This document shows, piece by piece, positions 12,858 to 23,236 of a stretch of DNA of 64,000 nt (position 1 is its first letter; each line of letters begins with the position of its first letter). The stretch is taken from positions 192,001 through 256,000 of the forward strand of contig CBDANF010000003.1 in NCBI GenBank assembly GCA_965197475.1, written 5' to 3'. The translations under genes were made by a program, and so were the position numbers. The notes under the pieces are model-generated. The model searched no databases. It was not told the DNA's origin and saw only the letters and a list, made by a program, of their open reading frames with translations. Source of the stretch: Candidatus Poribacteria bacterium (GTDB taxonomy: Bacteria; Poribacteria; WGA-4E; WGA-3G).

Positions 12858-13961
12858 ATGAAAATCCGTATTGAAATCCTCACAACTTTACTATTGACGA
12901 CCGTTACTCTGCTCGCTGGCTGCTCTGGCTGCGGACAGAAAACCGCCCCCGAACACGCAGACCCTTATAACCAAGCAGAACACGGACCCGTCGCGGCGAA
13001 TAGCCGAAAGCCCGTAAAACTAACCATTGTTGAACCGAGTTTTGAGAGACTGATAGAACAGTTCAAAGCAGATGTCACTGAAAATAAGGGGGACCCAGAG
13101 ATGCTCAAACGCAAAAGAAAAGCAATTGCCAACCCCGATATACTGTGGGATGGCATCGGATTTGAGGTGCCCCCCACACTAAATTTCGATGAAATCCCAA
13201 GACTGCCGGGCTACAATCCAACACGCGATAAGATAAAAGTCCGCTCTTATTCTGAAAAAGGAAAACCTATACACGGGGTCTATGATCATGACAAAGAAGT
13301 GTATCCTTTTGCGGGCAAAGTTATCTACAAAACAAAAGATCAAGAGGAGAGGTTGGATGCTGTACGGCAAAACTGGAGGCATTTGAATCCAAATTCCGAC
13401 CCAGATGATACTAACTACTATCGAAAACGTGCTCCGATTGTGTATGAGGGAATAGATACACTCATTGCTGCAAAACATCTGAGTCAAGCGTTTAGCCCTG
13501 CTAAAAAAGCTCTTGGCGTTGAATATGCGGAGCGTGCAATACGTGAAAATCCGAACTCTGTTGAAGCGATGCGTATTTGGGTCAAATGCCATCCTGAAGA
13601 TCAAAAGATTGAGGCATACCAACAGCTGCTTTCAAAGTTCCCCAACGATGCGTTTGCTCACGAGCAAATCGCCGGCTACTACTACCGCGAAGAAGATACG
13701 GTTTCCGCCCTGGACCACATGCTGAAGGCTTGTCTGTTAGATAGTCGTATCGCGAAAACGAATGACTTATTAGCCAAATGTTATTTCAAACTCAGTGAAT
13801 GGGAGAAAGCCGTTGCTGCGTATCAGGGCATGGATTATTTTGTCAGTCCGAATTTTCTCTTTGAGAGTCCTGACAAAATAACTAAAGCCAAAGATGAGGT
13901 GCATAAGCAGCGAAAAGGGTATTCAGTTATAGAATTAACACAAGAAGGATATGACAAATGA
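12858..13961 (+). CDS. TPR-like lipoprotein, cassette A1
   Basis: Lipobox LLAGC, helical TPR-like C-terminal half; RBS GGGAG. Confidence 0.85.
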   Translation: MKIRIEILTTLLLTTVTLLAGCSGCGQKTAPEHADPYNQAEHGPVAANSRKPVKLTIVEPSFERLIEQFKADVTENKGDPEMLKRKRKAIANPDILWDGIGFEVPPTLNFDEIPRLPGYNPTRDKIKVRSYSEKGKPIHGVYDHDKEVYPFAGKVIYKTKDQEERLDAVRQNWRHLNPNSDPDDTNYYRKRAPIVYEGIDTLIAAKHLSQAFSPAKKALGVEYAERAIRENPNSVEAMRIWVKCHPEDQKIEAYQQLLSKFPNDAFAHEQIAGYYYREEDTVSALDHMLKACLLDSRIAKTNDLLAKCYFKLSEWEKAVAAYQGMDYFVSPNFLFESPDKITKAKDEVHKQRKGYSVIELTQEGYDK

Positions 13962-14101
13962 AATATCGCATTTCTGTTTTGACATTGTTTAGTGTGCTGA
14001 ATCCGTCCGCTGCGGATGGTCCACCGAGTGTTTCTATAGAGTCAGCGAATTTGGATGCGTATAATGGGTGGTTACCGAGAAAGCCATCCGCACGATATTG
14101 A
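13958..14101 (+). pseudogene. 5' stub of a secreted-protein gene fused out of frame to the guaB tail
   Basis: ATGA overlap with A1; MKYRISVLTLFSVL...VSIESANLDAYNGWLP resembles VCIEP..FNxWLP of 15312 and 19173. Confidence 0.7.
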
Positions 14102-14190
14102 TATTACGGAGGAAGCACCGAACTATACGGTTGCTAACCTTGCTACATAAACTGTTGAGACTCAGCAAGTCAAGCAAAAGGAGAAAAACA

Positions 14191-15300
14191 ATGGAACTTC
14201 GTATAGAAAAGTTCTTAACTTTATTTATGATCGCGATTATATTCCTCGCGGGTTGTTCGGGGTGTGCACAAAAAAACGCTCTAAAAGGGATTGAACCGAC
14301 CAAGGATTACAACGAACAATCTAAATACGGACCGGTCGCAGCGAACACGCGCAAACAGGCAAAACTAAAGCCTTTCCTTGAACCGAGTTTTGAGAACCTT
14401 ATAGAACAGTTCAAAGCCGATGTCAAAGCCAACCGCGGTGACCCTGAAGTCCTCGCTCGCAAAAAACAGGCGATAAAGAACCCTAATTTGCTATGGCGAC
14501 CTTCATTTCGAGTCCCGAAAAAAAACAGGCAAAATCCGAGAACTTATCCTGAATATAATCCCTCTGCCGACGAGATCAGAATCCTAACCCATAATAAAAA
14601 AGGGGAACCATTACGCGCCAGATATTTCGATCATCCAGGTGTTCCTAACGGTCTTGAGATTGAATTCACAGGCAAAGCCTATTACCTCACGAAAGAACAG
14701 GAAGAAAGAATGAAATTAGTTTTACATTCAGACGATCTTCCACAAGATGAGCGACAACGTGAATATTATAAAATTATGTTTGAGGGTATAAATACGTTTA
14801 CAGCTGCAAAGTATTTGAGCAAAGAGACTTCCAGTATTGCAGAAACCATAGGTCTTGAATACGCTGAACGTGCCATGCGCGAACACCCAAACTCTCTTGA
14901 AGCTATGCATCTTTGGGCTAAATGCGTTCCATGGGAACCTATAGAAAATAAAAGAGATGCGTATGAAAAGTTATTGACGAAGTTTCCTAACGATGCCTCA
15001 GCACATTCTATACTTGGTTTCATATATTGGTCTCGTCTGGACTCTCCTGAGTTAGCCATCCCGCATTACCAAAAATCTATTCAACTTGATAGTCGTGGCG
15101 AAGCTGGCAAAAAGCATTGGTTAGCTTTCTGTTATGAGAAACTTGGAGAATATGAGAAAGCGGTCGCAGTCTATCAGAGCATCTCTGTAGTAGACACATA
15201 CGGTCCTCGTGGTTATATGATCCCTATGTCATTAAATTACGTACAAGACGTGGTATATAAACAACGAACAGGTCGTTCCTTTTATGACTTAGACGATTAG
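14191..15300 (+). CDS. TPR-like lipoprotein, cassette B1
   Basis: Lipobox FLAGC, GPVAAN..EPSFENLIEQFKADV shared with A1, TPR-like C-terminus. Confidence 0.85.
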   Translation: MELRIEKFLTLFMIAIIFLAGCSGCAQKNALKGIEPTKDYNEQSKYGPVAANTRKQAKLKPFLEPSFENLIEQFKADVKANRGDPEVLARKKQAIKNPNLLWRPSFRVPKKNRQNPRTYPEYNPSADEIRILTHNKKGEPLRARYFDHPGVPNGLEIEFTGKAYYLTKEQEERMKLVLHSDDLPQDERQREYYKIMFEGINTFTAAKYLSKETSSIAETIGLEYAERAMREHPNSLEAMHLWAKCVPWEPIENKRDAYEKLLTKFPNDASAHSILGFIYWSRLDSPELAIPHYQKSIQLDSRGEAGKKHWLAFCYEKLGEYEKAVAVYQSISVVDTYGPRGYMIPMSLNYVQDVVYKQRTGRSFYDLDD

Positions 15301-15311
15301 GAGGGTATTGA

Positions 15312-15758
15312 ATGAAAAAATACTATCTCACAATTTTACTTTTCACATTACTCCCGTTTGCACACGCACAAAACGTCTGTATAGAACCAATGTGGGACAC
15401 GTTTAATCAGTGGTTGCCTGAAGATGGGGACACGGTCACTTTTCTTGTGACCGTCTCGGAGGCAAGGTCCAAAGGGTCGATTGTATTAAATCTGACCAAT
15501 GTATCTACTTGGGAAGGGACATGCATGAACAAAGGGACAGGCGACGATGCTGATCTATACTTTACCAGAACAGATCAGGTATTAGCGGGTAGGATTCGTT
15601 CTGCTATGGGATATTGTGGCACGCCAGATATTGAGTCGTTACGCAGAGATGTCCAATTTGTCCGTATGTCAAGCAGCGGTTACAGAGAAAGCCATCCGCA
15701 CGATATTGATATTACGGAGGAAGCACCGAACTATACGGTCGCTAACCTGAACACATAA
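15312..15758 (+). pseudogene. 5' stub of a secreted-protein gene fused in frame to the last ~58 codons of guaB
   Basis: Signal peptide ...AHA, then [22 protein letters not shown]...ANLNT matching the GuaB C-terminus. Confidence 0.85.
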
Positions 15759-15798
15759 ATTGTTGAGACTCAGTAAGTCAAGCAAAGGGAGAAAACCG

Positions 15799-16897
15799 AT
15801 GAAAATCCGTATTGAAATCCTCACAACTTTACTATTGACGACCGTTACTCTGCTCGCTGGCTGCTCTGGCTGCGGACAGAAAACCGCCCCCGAACACGCA
15901 GACCCTTATAACCAAGCAGAACACGGACCCGTCGCGGCGAATAGCCGAAAGCCCGTAAAACTAACCATTGTTGAACCGAGTTTTGAGAGACTGATAGAAC
16001 AGTTCAAAGCAGATGTCACTGAAAATAAGGGGGACCCAGAGATGCTCAAACGCAAAAGAAAAGCAATTGCCAACCCCGATATACTGTGGGATGGCATCGG
16101 ATTTGAGGTGCCCCCCACACTAAATTTCGATGAAATCCCAAGACCGCCGGGCTACAATCCGACACGCGACGAGATAGTCATCCGCTCTCCTTTTGAAAGA
16201 GGTAAACCTATACGCGGGGTCTATCATCCCTGTGGAACATGACAAAGAAATATATCCTTTCGCTGGAAAAATTATCTACATCACAAAAGAGCAAAAGGAA
16301 AGGAAGGATGCTGCGCGCCAAAACTGGCATAATGCGAATCCGAACTCAAGAGCGGATGTTGACTATTACCGAGAACAGTATGCGATTACATTTGAAGGAA
16401 TAGACACACTCACAGCAGCAAAATATTTGAGTCAATTCAGTGATCCTAATCATCCCAGCACAAAAATTATCGGCATTGAATATGCAGCGCGTGCGATGCG
16501 TGAGCATCCGAACTCTGTTGAAGCGATGCGTATTTGGGTCAAATGCCATCCTGAAGATCAAAAGATTGAGGCATACCAACAGCTGCTTTCAAAGTTCCCC
16601 AACGATGCGTTTGCTCACGAGCAAATCGCCGACTACTACTACCGCGAAGAAGATACGGTTTTCGCCCTGGACCACATGCTGAAGGCTTGTCAGTTAGATA
16701 GTCGTATCGCGAAAACGAATGACTTATTAGCCAAATGTTATTTCAAACTCAGTGAATGGGAGAAAGCCGTTGCTGCGTATCAGGGCATGGATTATTTTGT
16801 CAGTCCGAATTTTCTCTTTGAGAGTCCTGACAAAATAACTAAAGCCAAAGATGAGGTGCATAAGCAGCGAAAAGGGTATTCAGTTATAGAATTATAG
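15799..16897 (+). CDS. TPR-like lipoprotein, cassette A2 (frameshift near 16228; last codons cut by IS630)
   Basis: Near-identical arms to A1 with divergent middle; ORFs 15760..16242 and 16193..16897. Confidence 0.8.
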
Positions 16898-17801
16898 TAA
16901 ATCCCGTAATTACTTATACACTTTTATAATATCATCAATAGAAGTCTGAGCATTATATTGACGTATCCGCTTGATGTTGGCGAAATCCTTCTCAATCGGA
17001 TTCAACTCCGGTGAATACGGCGGTAAAAACAACAAACTCGCACCGCAATCCCGGATCAATGCTGCCGTCTGTGAACCTTTGTGGAAAGACGCATTATCCA
17101 TAATCACAACATGGCTATCGTCAAGCAATGGACACAACATTTCCGAAAGCCAACTGTTGAAGGCGATCACATCGCAACTGCCCTTGAAAAGCACAGGTGC
17201 TGTGAAACATCCATCAAGCCGTGCCGCAATCAGCGTCGTGGTGGTATACCGATGGCTTGGCACTTTATCTTCAACACGGACACCTTTCGGGCATAAGCAT
17301 ACCGACGGAAAGTGGTTTCAGTGAAACCACTTTCGTCAAGATAAACCGGTTTTTTGCCATGCTCCTGTGTCTCTTGTTGAAGTGCCGAAAGATACTCTTG
17401 GCGTTTTATCGGACACTGTTCTTTGTAGGTCGTTGTCTTTTTTTTCGCGTAATATTGAGTTTTGAGAAGGCATAAAAGATGCCGTTTGTTGAAACACCGA
17501 AGTGTTTGGCACGTTCGGCGAGTGTGCTATCGGGAAAATCGGCAACATGTTATTGAAGCGCATCATAATCAATGTGTCGGGGCCCTTTGGGACCCGGCTT
17601 CTCATAGGCAAAGGGGTTTTCTGCTTCTAACCAGTTATAGATCGTCCTTCTTGAGACACCGAAGGTGCGTTCTGCGGCGGCTTTACTGCCACCATTATTG
17701 ATGAAATCAAGCACGCTTTTGCGTCCATCTGTTGAATATGCCATAATCATAAAGGCTAACATAAATCACAGAAAATGTAAACTTATTTTCAGGATCTACT
17801 A
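16895..17801 (-). mobile_element. IS630-family element (HTH and DDE ORFs, frameshifted)
   Basis: TIRs TAGTAAATCCCG / TAGTAGATCCTG, duplicated TA (16893-4, 17802-3), MDNASFH and LPPYSPELNPIE motifs; empty site visible in the A1 copy. Confidence 0.92.
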
Positions 17802-17823
17802 TAAGACAAGAAGGATATGACAA

Positions 17824-17967
17824 ATGAAATATCGCATTTCTGTTTTGACATTGTTTAGTGTGCTGAATCCGTCCGCTGCGGATGGTCCACCGAGTGTTTC
17901 TATAGAGTCAGCGAATTTGGATGCGTATAATGGGTGGTTACCGAGAAAGCCACCCTCACGATATTGA
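17824..17967 (+). pseudogene. second copy of the MKYRISV... 5' stub fused to the guaB tail
   Basis: Near-identical to 13958..14101. Confidence 0.7.
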
Positions 17968-18056
17968 TATTACGGAGGAAGCACCGAACTATACGGTTGC
18001 TAACCTTGCTACATAAACTGTTGAGACTCAGCAAGTCAAGCAAAAGGAGAAAAACA

Positions 18057-19088
18057 ATGGAACTTCGTATAGAAAAGTTCTTAACTTTATTTATGATCGC
18101 GATTATATTCCTCGCGGGTTGTTCGGGGTGTGCACAAAAAAACGCTCTAAAAGGGATTGAACCGACCAAGGATTACAAAGAACAATCAAAATACGGACCG
18201 ATCGCAGCGAACAGTCGCAAACCGGCAAAACTGCCCCCGTTCCCCGAACCGAGTTTCGAAAACCTGATAGAACAGTTCAAAGCGGATGTCGCAGCGAACC
18301 GTGGTAATCCGGGAGCATTGGAACGCAAACGAAAAGCGATTGCTAATCCCAATATTTTAGATTGGCCCTTCTTTGTCTCTGCTGGTGATTACAAAAAAGG
18401 GGAACAACCACTGTCTAAATTATACAGATATGAGACTATCACTATCAAAACAACAGCGGAACAAGAGAAAAGACTGGATGCCTTAAGGTCAGAGGAGCTC
18501 CCATCTGATGTACACAAACGAAAAAGAAACGAGATTTATTTTGGGGGTGTTGATACCCTTACCGCTGCAAAGTATTTTATGACGCGTGGCAGTAGAAATG
18601 CCTCCACCTATGGGGTTGAATATGCCGAGCATGCCATGCGCGAAAATCCAAATTCCGTTGAAGCTATGCACGTCTGGGCGAGATGCAGCAGCAACACTAA
18701 GGACAAAGAAAAGGGAATTGCGGTATTCCGCAAGATGCTGTCCAAGTTCCCGAACGCTGCCGCAGCCCACATTGGACTCGCACAGAATCTCTTTTATCAG
18801 GCTCTGAAGGTTCAAAGGGAGTTTGGTGCTGGTTCTCATATAAATCTTGTGGAAGAAGCACTTCACCACACACAGACAGCGATACAACTTGACAGCCGCA
18901 TCCCACGGTATAACTACTTATTAGCGCGGTGTTATTTTGAACTGGGAGAATGGGAAAAGACGCTTATTGTCTACCATGGAATGCCTTCTATTGGTATGGG
19001 AGCTGCTTTTAATTTGACATTTCAGAGAGCTCATGGAAATCTCGCGAAACAAAGGGGTGAATATTCTCTCTTTAGAGGGACTGAATGA
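18057..19088 (+). CDS. TPR-like lipoprotein, cassette B2
   Basis: N-terminus nearly identical to B1 (FLAGC), remainder divergent with TPR-like helices. Confidence 0.85.
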   Translation: MELRIEKFLTLFMIAIIFLAGCSGCAQKNALKGIEPTKDYKEQSKYGPIAANSRKPAKLPPFPEPSFENLIEQFKADVAANRGNPGALERKRKAIANPNILDWPFFVSAGDYKKGEQPLSKLYRYETITIKTTAEQEKRLDALRSEELPSDVHKRKRNEIYFGGVDTLTAAKYFMTRGSRNASTYGVEYAEHAMRENPNSVEAMHVWARCSSNTKDKEKGIAVFRKMLSKFPNAAAAHIGLAQNLFYQALKVQREFGAGSHINLVEEALHHTQTAIQLDSRIPRYNYLLARCYFELGEWEKTLIVYHGMPSIGMGAAFNLTFQRAHGNLAKQRGEYSLFRGTE

Positions 19089-19172
19089 TAAAGATGCTCT
19101 CCTCTGCATAATATTTGTGGGCGCAATTTTAATCTATAAACCCATAATAGAAAACAATAATGGATAAACAAT

Positions 19173-19482
19173 ATGAAAAATTATTATCTCACTATTTTAT
19201 TTTTACTGTTTACATCACTCCCGTTTGCCCACGCACAAAACGTCTGTATAGAACCGTTAAATAAAACAGAGTTTAATGCGTGGCTACCTGAAGATGGGGA
19301 CACGGTCACTTTTCTTGTGACCGTCGCAGGTGCCCAATCCACAGGTTCCATCGAGTTAAATCTTACCAATGTATCTACTTGGGAAGGGACATGCATGAAC
19401 AAAGGGACAGGCAACGATGCTGATCTATACTTTACCAGAACAGATCAGGTATTAGCGGGTAGGATTCGTTCTGCTATGGGAT
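19173..19482 (+). pseudogene. 5' stub of a secreted-protein gene fused to the guaB tail, cut by IS3
   Basis: Paralog of 15312 with the same RTDQV/LAGRIRSAMG junction. Confidence 0.8.
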
Positions 19483-19561
19483 TGTACTGCCACCGGAAAT
19501 TCGGGCCGCTCTCTAAGACAAGATTATGGTATAATATCCATCTCCTTGAAAGGAGTATCCG

Positions 19562-19852
19562 ATGGCGAAACGAAAACGAAGAAACTTCACCCCCGAGTTT
19601 AAAGCCGAAGTTGTTCTTGAGGCTCTCAGCGTTGAAAGTTCCCAAGCAGAAGTGTGTCGGCGACATAACCTCATCGATGAACAACTTTCAAAGTGGAAGC
19701 GACAGCTTCTTGAAAAAGCGGCGACCCTCTTTGAACCCGCTGATAAACAGTCTGATGCCTCTGCGGAGCGGATCGCCCAACTTGAGCAACTCGTTGGGCG
19801 GTTGACCTTGGCACTTGACATCCAAAAAAAAGCCTCAACTTACTTGAGTTAG
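19562..19852 (+). CDS. IS3 transposase OrfA (HTH)
   Basis: RRNFTPEFKAEVVLE HTH_Tnp_1 pattern. Confidence 0.9.
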   Translation: MAKRKRRNFTPEFKAEVVLEALSVESSQAEVCRRHNLIDEQLSKWKRQLLEKAATLFEPADKQSDASAERIAQLEQLVGRLTLALDIQKKASTYLS

Positions 19853-19857
19853 CCTCG

Positions 19858-20688
19858 ATGGAGCAGCGAGAAATGGTTACGGCATTACGGACAGACTTTT
19901 CGGTTCGGCAGATATGTGAGACACTCGGTTTCAACCGAAGCAACCTCTATTATCACTCCAAGCAGGCCCCGTGTGAAGCGGGCCTCCAGGATGAAATAGA
20001 GACGTTATCTTTGCTATATCCAACATACGGATATAGGCGTCCCACACAGTTGTTGGTGCGTAACGGATACACCATCGGGTATAAACGTGTTGCCCGATTG
20101 ATGAAGTCCGCCAACCTCTCGGTTTCTGTCAAGCGTGTCTGTCAAACCACGACATCCGTTGCGGGTGTGCGTCCCTGGAGCAATCGCCTTGAAAACCTTG
20201 ATGTCTCCCGATGTAATCAGGTCTGGGTGGGCGATATTACCTACGTCCGCCTCAAAGGACACTTTATCTATGTTTGTCTGCTCATGGATGTCTTCACTCG
20301 CATGATCAGAGGGTGGCATATCAGTCAACACTTGACGCAATCTCTGACGTTGAAACCCTTGGAGACAGCATTATGTCAAAGTGTCCCAGAGATCCATCAT
20401 TCTGATCAAGGCGTTCAATATCTTTCAAATGCGTCCATCTCACTGCTTAGGCATCATGGGATTGAGATTTCAGTCGCCCGGAGAGGGTGTCCTTGGGAGA
20501 ACGGATATGCTGAAAGACTTATCCGCACGCTCAAGGAAGAAGAAGTTCATCTCAATGACTATGAGGACATCCACGAAGCAAGAACCCGCATTGGGCATTT
20601 TATTACACAAGTGTATAATCACAAACGCCCTCACTCTGCGTTAGGGTATTTGACACCTGTGGAATTTGAGCAAAAAAACTTGTCTTAA
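19858..20688 (+). CDS. IS3 transposase OrfB (DDE integrase core)
   Basis: WVGDITY, HHSDQGVQY, ENGYAER, YNHKRPHSALGY. Confidence 0.93.
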   Translation: MEQREMVTALRTDFSVRQICETLGFNRSNLYYHSKQAPCEAGLQDEIETLSLLYPTYGYRRPTQLLVRNGYTIGYKRVARLMKSANLSVSVKRVCQTTTSVAGVRPWSNRLENLDVSRCNQVWVGDITYVRLKGHFIYVCLLMDVFTRMIRGWHISQHLTQSLTLKPLETALCQSVPEIHHSDQGVQYLSNASISLLRHHGIEISVARRGCPWENGYAERLIRTLKEEEVHLNDYEDIHEARTRIGHFITQVYNHKRPHSALGYLTPVEFEQKNLS

Positions 20689-20727
20689 CTTTGCTAAATT
20701 TTGGTCTGAATAAACGGTAGCACTTCA

Positions 20728-21014
20728 TTATGTTTACCATTAATAATATAAATTTTTATATCATTATTAGCTAATCGTTTTAGTTTAAAGGTTTTAGATC
20801 CGAATCCATTTCGTATCATTTCACTACGATAAAAATCTTGAGTTCCTTTCATCCACTTAATTATATCGTCTTTCATTTTCTCAATAGGAGGTGCATCTGT
20901 AGGCCTAAAATAGATTGTATTAACTACAAAAGATTCTTGTGAATGGACATTTATAGATATACCTATAAATAATATAACTAAAAGATAAAGTAATTTTTTA
21001 AATTGATTTTGCAT
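20728..21014 (-). pseudogene. secreted protein truncated by IS3
   Basis: Signal peptide, IYFRPTD..DFYRSEMIRNGFG; frame runs into the IS end; AT-rich. Confidence 0.7.
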
Positions 21015-21017
21015 ATT

Positions 21018-22243
21018 TTATTGCTCCGAGTCAATTAAAGCCTGATAGGTAAACCTCCTGAATTGCCCTTGAAAAGGATAACGGTTATTGAGAATCTGCG
21101 TCATCAGAATTCCTATGAGTTCTTTTTCGGGGTCAACCCAAAAGTTAGTAGCAGCTAAACCACCCCCACTGAGTGATCCATGCGACCGTTTATTTTTTAC
21201 GTTATTCTCACGCGTAACAACATGGAATCCAAATCCGAAAGCCCCTCCTTCTCTGTGATATTGTTGATGTGGATAACGCATCAGTTCAACGGTCTTGGTC
21301 TTTAAAATGTGCACACCTTCCAATTCACCACCATTGAGTAACATCTGACAGAAACGGAGGTAATCCGCAGCAGTAGAAACAAGCCCACCACCACCAGAAG
21401 GAAGAAAGTGACGTTATCGGTTGCAAGCGGAGGTTTTCCGACAAGTTTTAGTCCACCTTCTTCAGTAGGTCTATATATAGCCGCAAATCGTTCTACTTTT
21501 GTTTGTGGCACCGAAAACCCAGTATCTATCATGCCGAGTGGTTTAAAAATCTTCGTCTGTAAAAATTCTTCAAACGGCATTTCCGAAACTACCTCTACAA
21601 GATAACCGAGAACATCCGTAGAAACACCGTATTTCCATCTTTTACCGGGTTCGAAAACAAGCGGGATATCACTAAGTTTCTCTACCTTCTCTGCTAACGT
21701 TGAATCACGTTCAAATACTTTCAATTTGGCGTAAAGTTTATCAATAGGTCTGTCGCCCCACCCGTAAGTCAATCCGGAAGTATGCGTGAGTAGATGCTTG
21801 ATCGTCATCTTATTCTTAGCGTCATGTGTTTCTGTCTGCTCATTGTTAAAAACCTTCATGTCTTTGAATGCGGGAATATAGTTTTCAACAGGATCATCAA
21901 GTTTAATATACCCCTCATCGTAGAGTATCATCACAGCAACGCTGGTAATCGGTTTCGACATTGAATAGATACGGAATATCGTATCCGCTTCAACCGGTTT
22001 TTTATTTTCAACATCTCGCATGCCGATGGTCTCAAAATGTGCAATTTTCCCTTTCCTCGCGATGACAGTAAGGAATCCTGGTAGTTGTCCTTTGTCGACG
22101 TAGCCTTGCAGGACCAGACGGATACGTTCCAGACGTTCGGAAGAAACACCAACATCTTCCGGCTCTGCCATCGGGAGTCCCTGTGCAAATGCGAGTGCAG
22201 TGATACAAAATAGCAGTAAAAGTAAGCACGTTAATCGTTTCAA
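21018..22243 (-). CDS. serine hydrolase, beta-lactamase class C family (frameshift near 21390)
   Basis: FRIYSMSK (SxxK), LLTHTSGL, WKYG; signal peptide. Confidence 0.88.
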
Positions 22244-22273
22244 TCTATTCTCCTTTTTTAGTTTCGGTTATGG

Positions 22274-22506
22274 TACATCCTACATTCCGCACTTCTAATT
22301 ACCGATTTTCGATATTTATTTCTCAAACCCGCGTGGTCCCTACATAGAGCAAGCAATTTCAGGTGAACCAGAGAAAAAGACAAGTGGCAAATGGAATCTT
22401 AATTCACAACGCTAAATCTCTATTATCCTGTGCGAATCCTATCGTGACGCGGGTTTGTCCTATAAATATTAAAATTTGTTAAAACAAGTGCGGAATGTGG
22501 GATATA
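22274..22506. mobile_element. MITE-like element
   Basis: 21-bp imperfect terminal inverted repeats TACATCCTACATTCCGCACTT / AAGTGCGGAATGTGGGATATA, no ORF. Confidence 0.6.
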
Positions 22507-22767
22507 ACAAAGTGTGTTTATCTTATCAAAAAATAAGTTTTAAGTCAATGATTTGATTGCCAATGGGGTGTGAAAATATTTTGTTAATTTCTGAATCTCG
22601 GATTGCGCAGATTACGCAGATTGAAAAAGCGTAGCATTGGGGAAATGCATGCGCGTTTGTCTGAATCTCGGATTATCACAGATTACGCGGATTTTGAATC
22701 TTCGTGATTAGGATCATCTTTTAGACTGATGACTCAAGAGGTCCGCTAATTATCTGCGGAATTTGAT

Positions 22768-22827
22768 TTATCTACCAGCTTGCTGAGCGGCTTTTTCTAT
22801 CCAATTTCCAAGATTCTGGCAGCCATT
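22768..22827 (-). pseudogene. C-terminal remnant of a TIR-like (DUF1863/ThsB-type) gene
   Basis: Frame reads NGCQNLGNWIEKAAQQAGR*, resembling DUF1863 C-termini as recalled, not searched. Confidence 0.5.
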
Positions 22828-23236
22828 ATAAGCTAAAATAACCGATCGCAAGTACAAAAAGCACCTCTATCAAGTAAAAAATAATAAGCGTAACTGAAAA
22901 AATAGCAGATATCCAACTACTTTTCGGTTTGCCTTTATGCTTGCCAATATCCATCTTGAAATCGGTGTCAGTTTGCGCTCTGATATCATCATAGACATGT
23001 CGGAACAACCGTTCCTGCCAGAGAAAGTAACCGTCTAAAATCCAAAATCCTACAATAGGAAGAAAAAGAACTAAAACATAATATGAATTTTGCATATCCT
23101 CCTTGGCGATTAATACCATTGCTGCAACGAGAACTATCATACTCCAACTTTTTAAAAAGAAACTGTTCCGTCCCAAACGGTTAATAACAGCTTGCGTCAT
23201 TTCCAGATGCTTTACGACCTTTTCAATACCGTTCAT
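22826..23236 (-). CDS. multi-TM membrane protein of the family often adjacent to TIR genes
   Basis: KHLEMTQAVINRLGRNSFFLKSWS and LDGYFLWQERLFR motifs. Confidence 0.7.
   Translation of the reverse strand: MNGIEKVVKHLEMTQAVINRLGRNSFFLKSWSMIVLVAAMVLIAKEDMQNSYYVLVLFLPIVGFWILDGYFLWQERLFRHVYDDIRAQTDTDFKMDIGKHKGKPKSSWISAIFSVTLIIFYLIEVLFVLAIGYFSL

Larger units (their letters stand above)
19483..20727 (+). mobile_element. IS3-family element
   Basis: Imperfect TIRs TGTACTGCCACCG / TGAAGTGCTACCG with TG..CA ends; orfA/orfB with A8G slippery site near 19824; no TSD seen. Confidence 0.92.

Noticed and set aside
14068-14190. N-terminal extensions of the lipoprotein ORFs (also at 12822, 15760, 17934)
   Set aside because: The upstream in-frame starts lie in the guaB tail or intergenic copy; RBS and signal peptide place the starts at 12858, 14191, 15799 and 18057.
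12858-19088. Diversity-generating retroelement as the source of lipoprotein variation
   Set aside because: No reverse transcriptase in the window, and differences involve all bases and indels rather than adenines only.
19173-19805. 210-aa ORF as a genuine protein
   Set aside because: It is read-through from the stub/guaB chimera into the IS3 left end.
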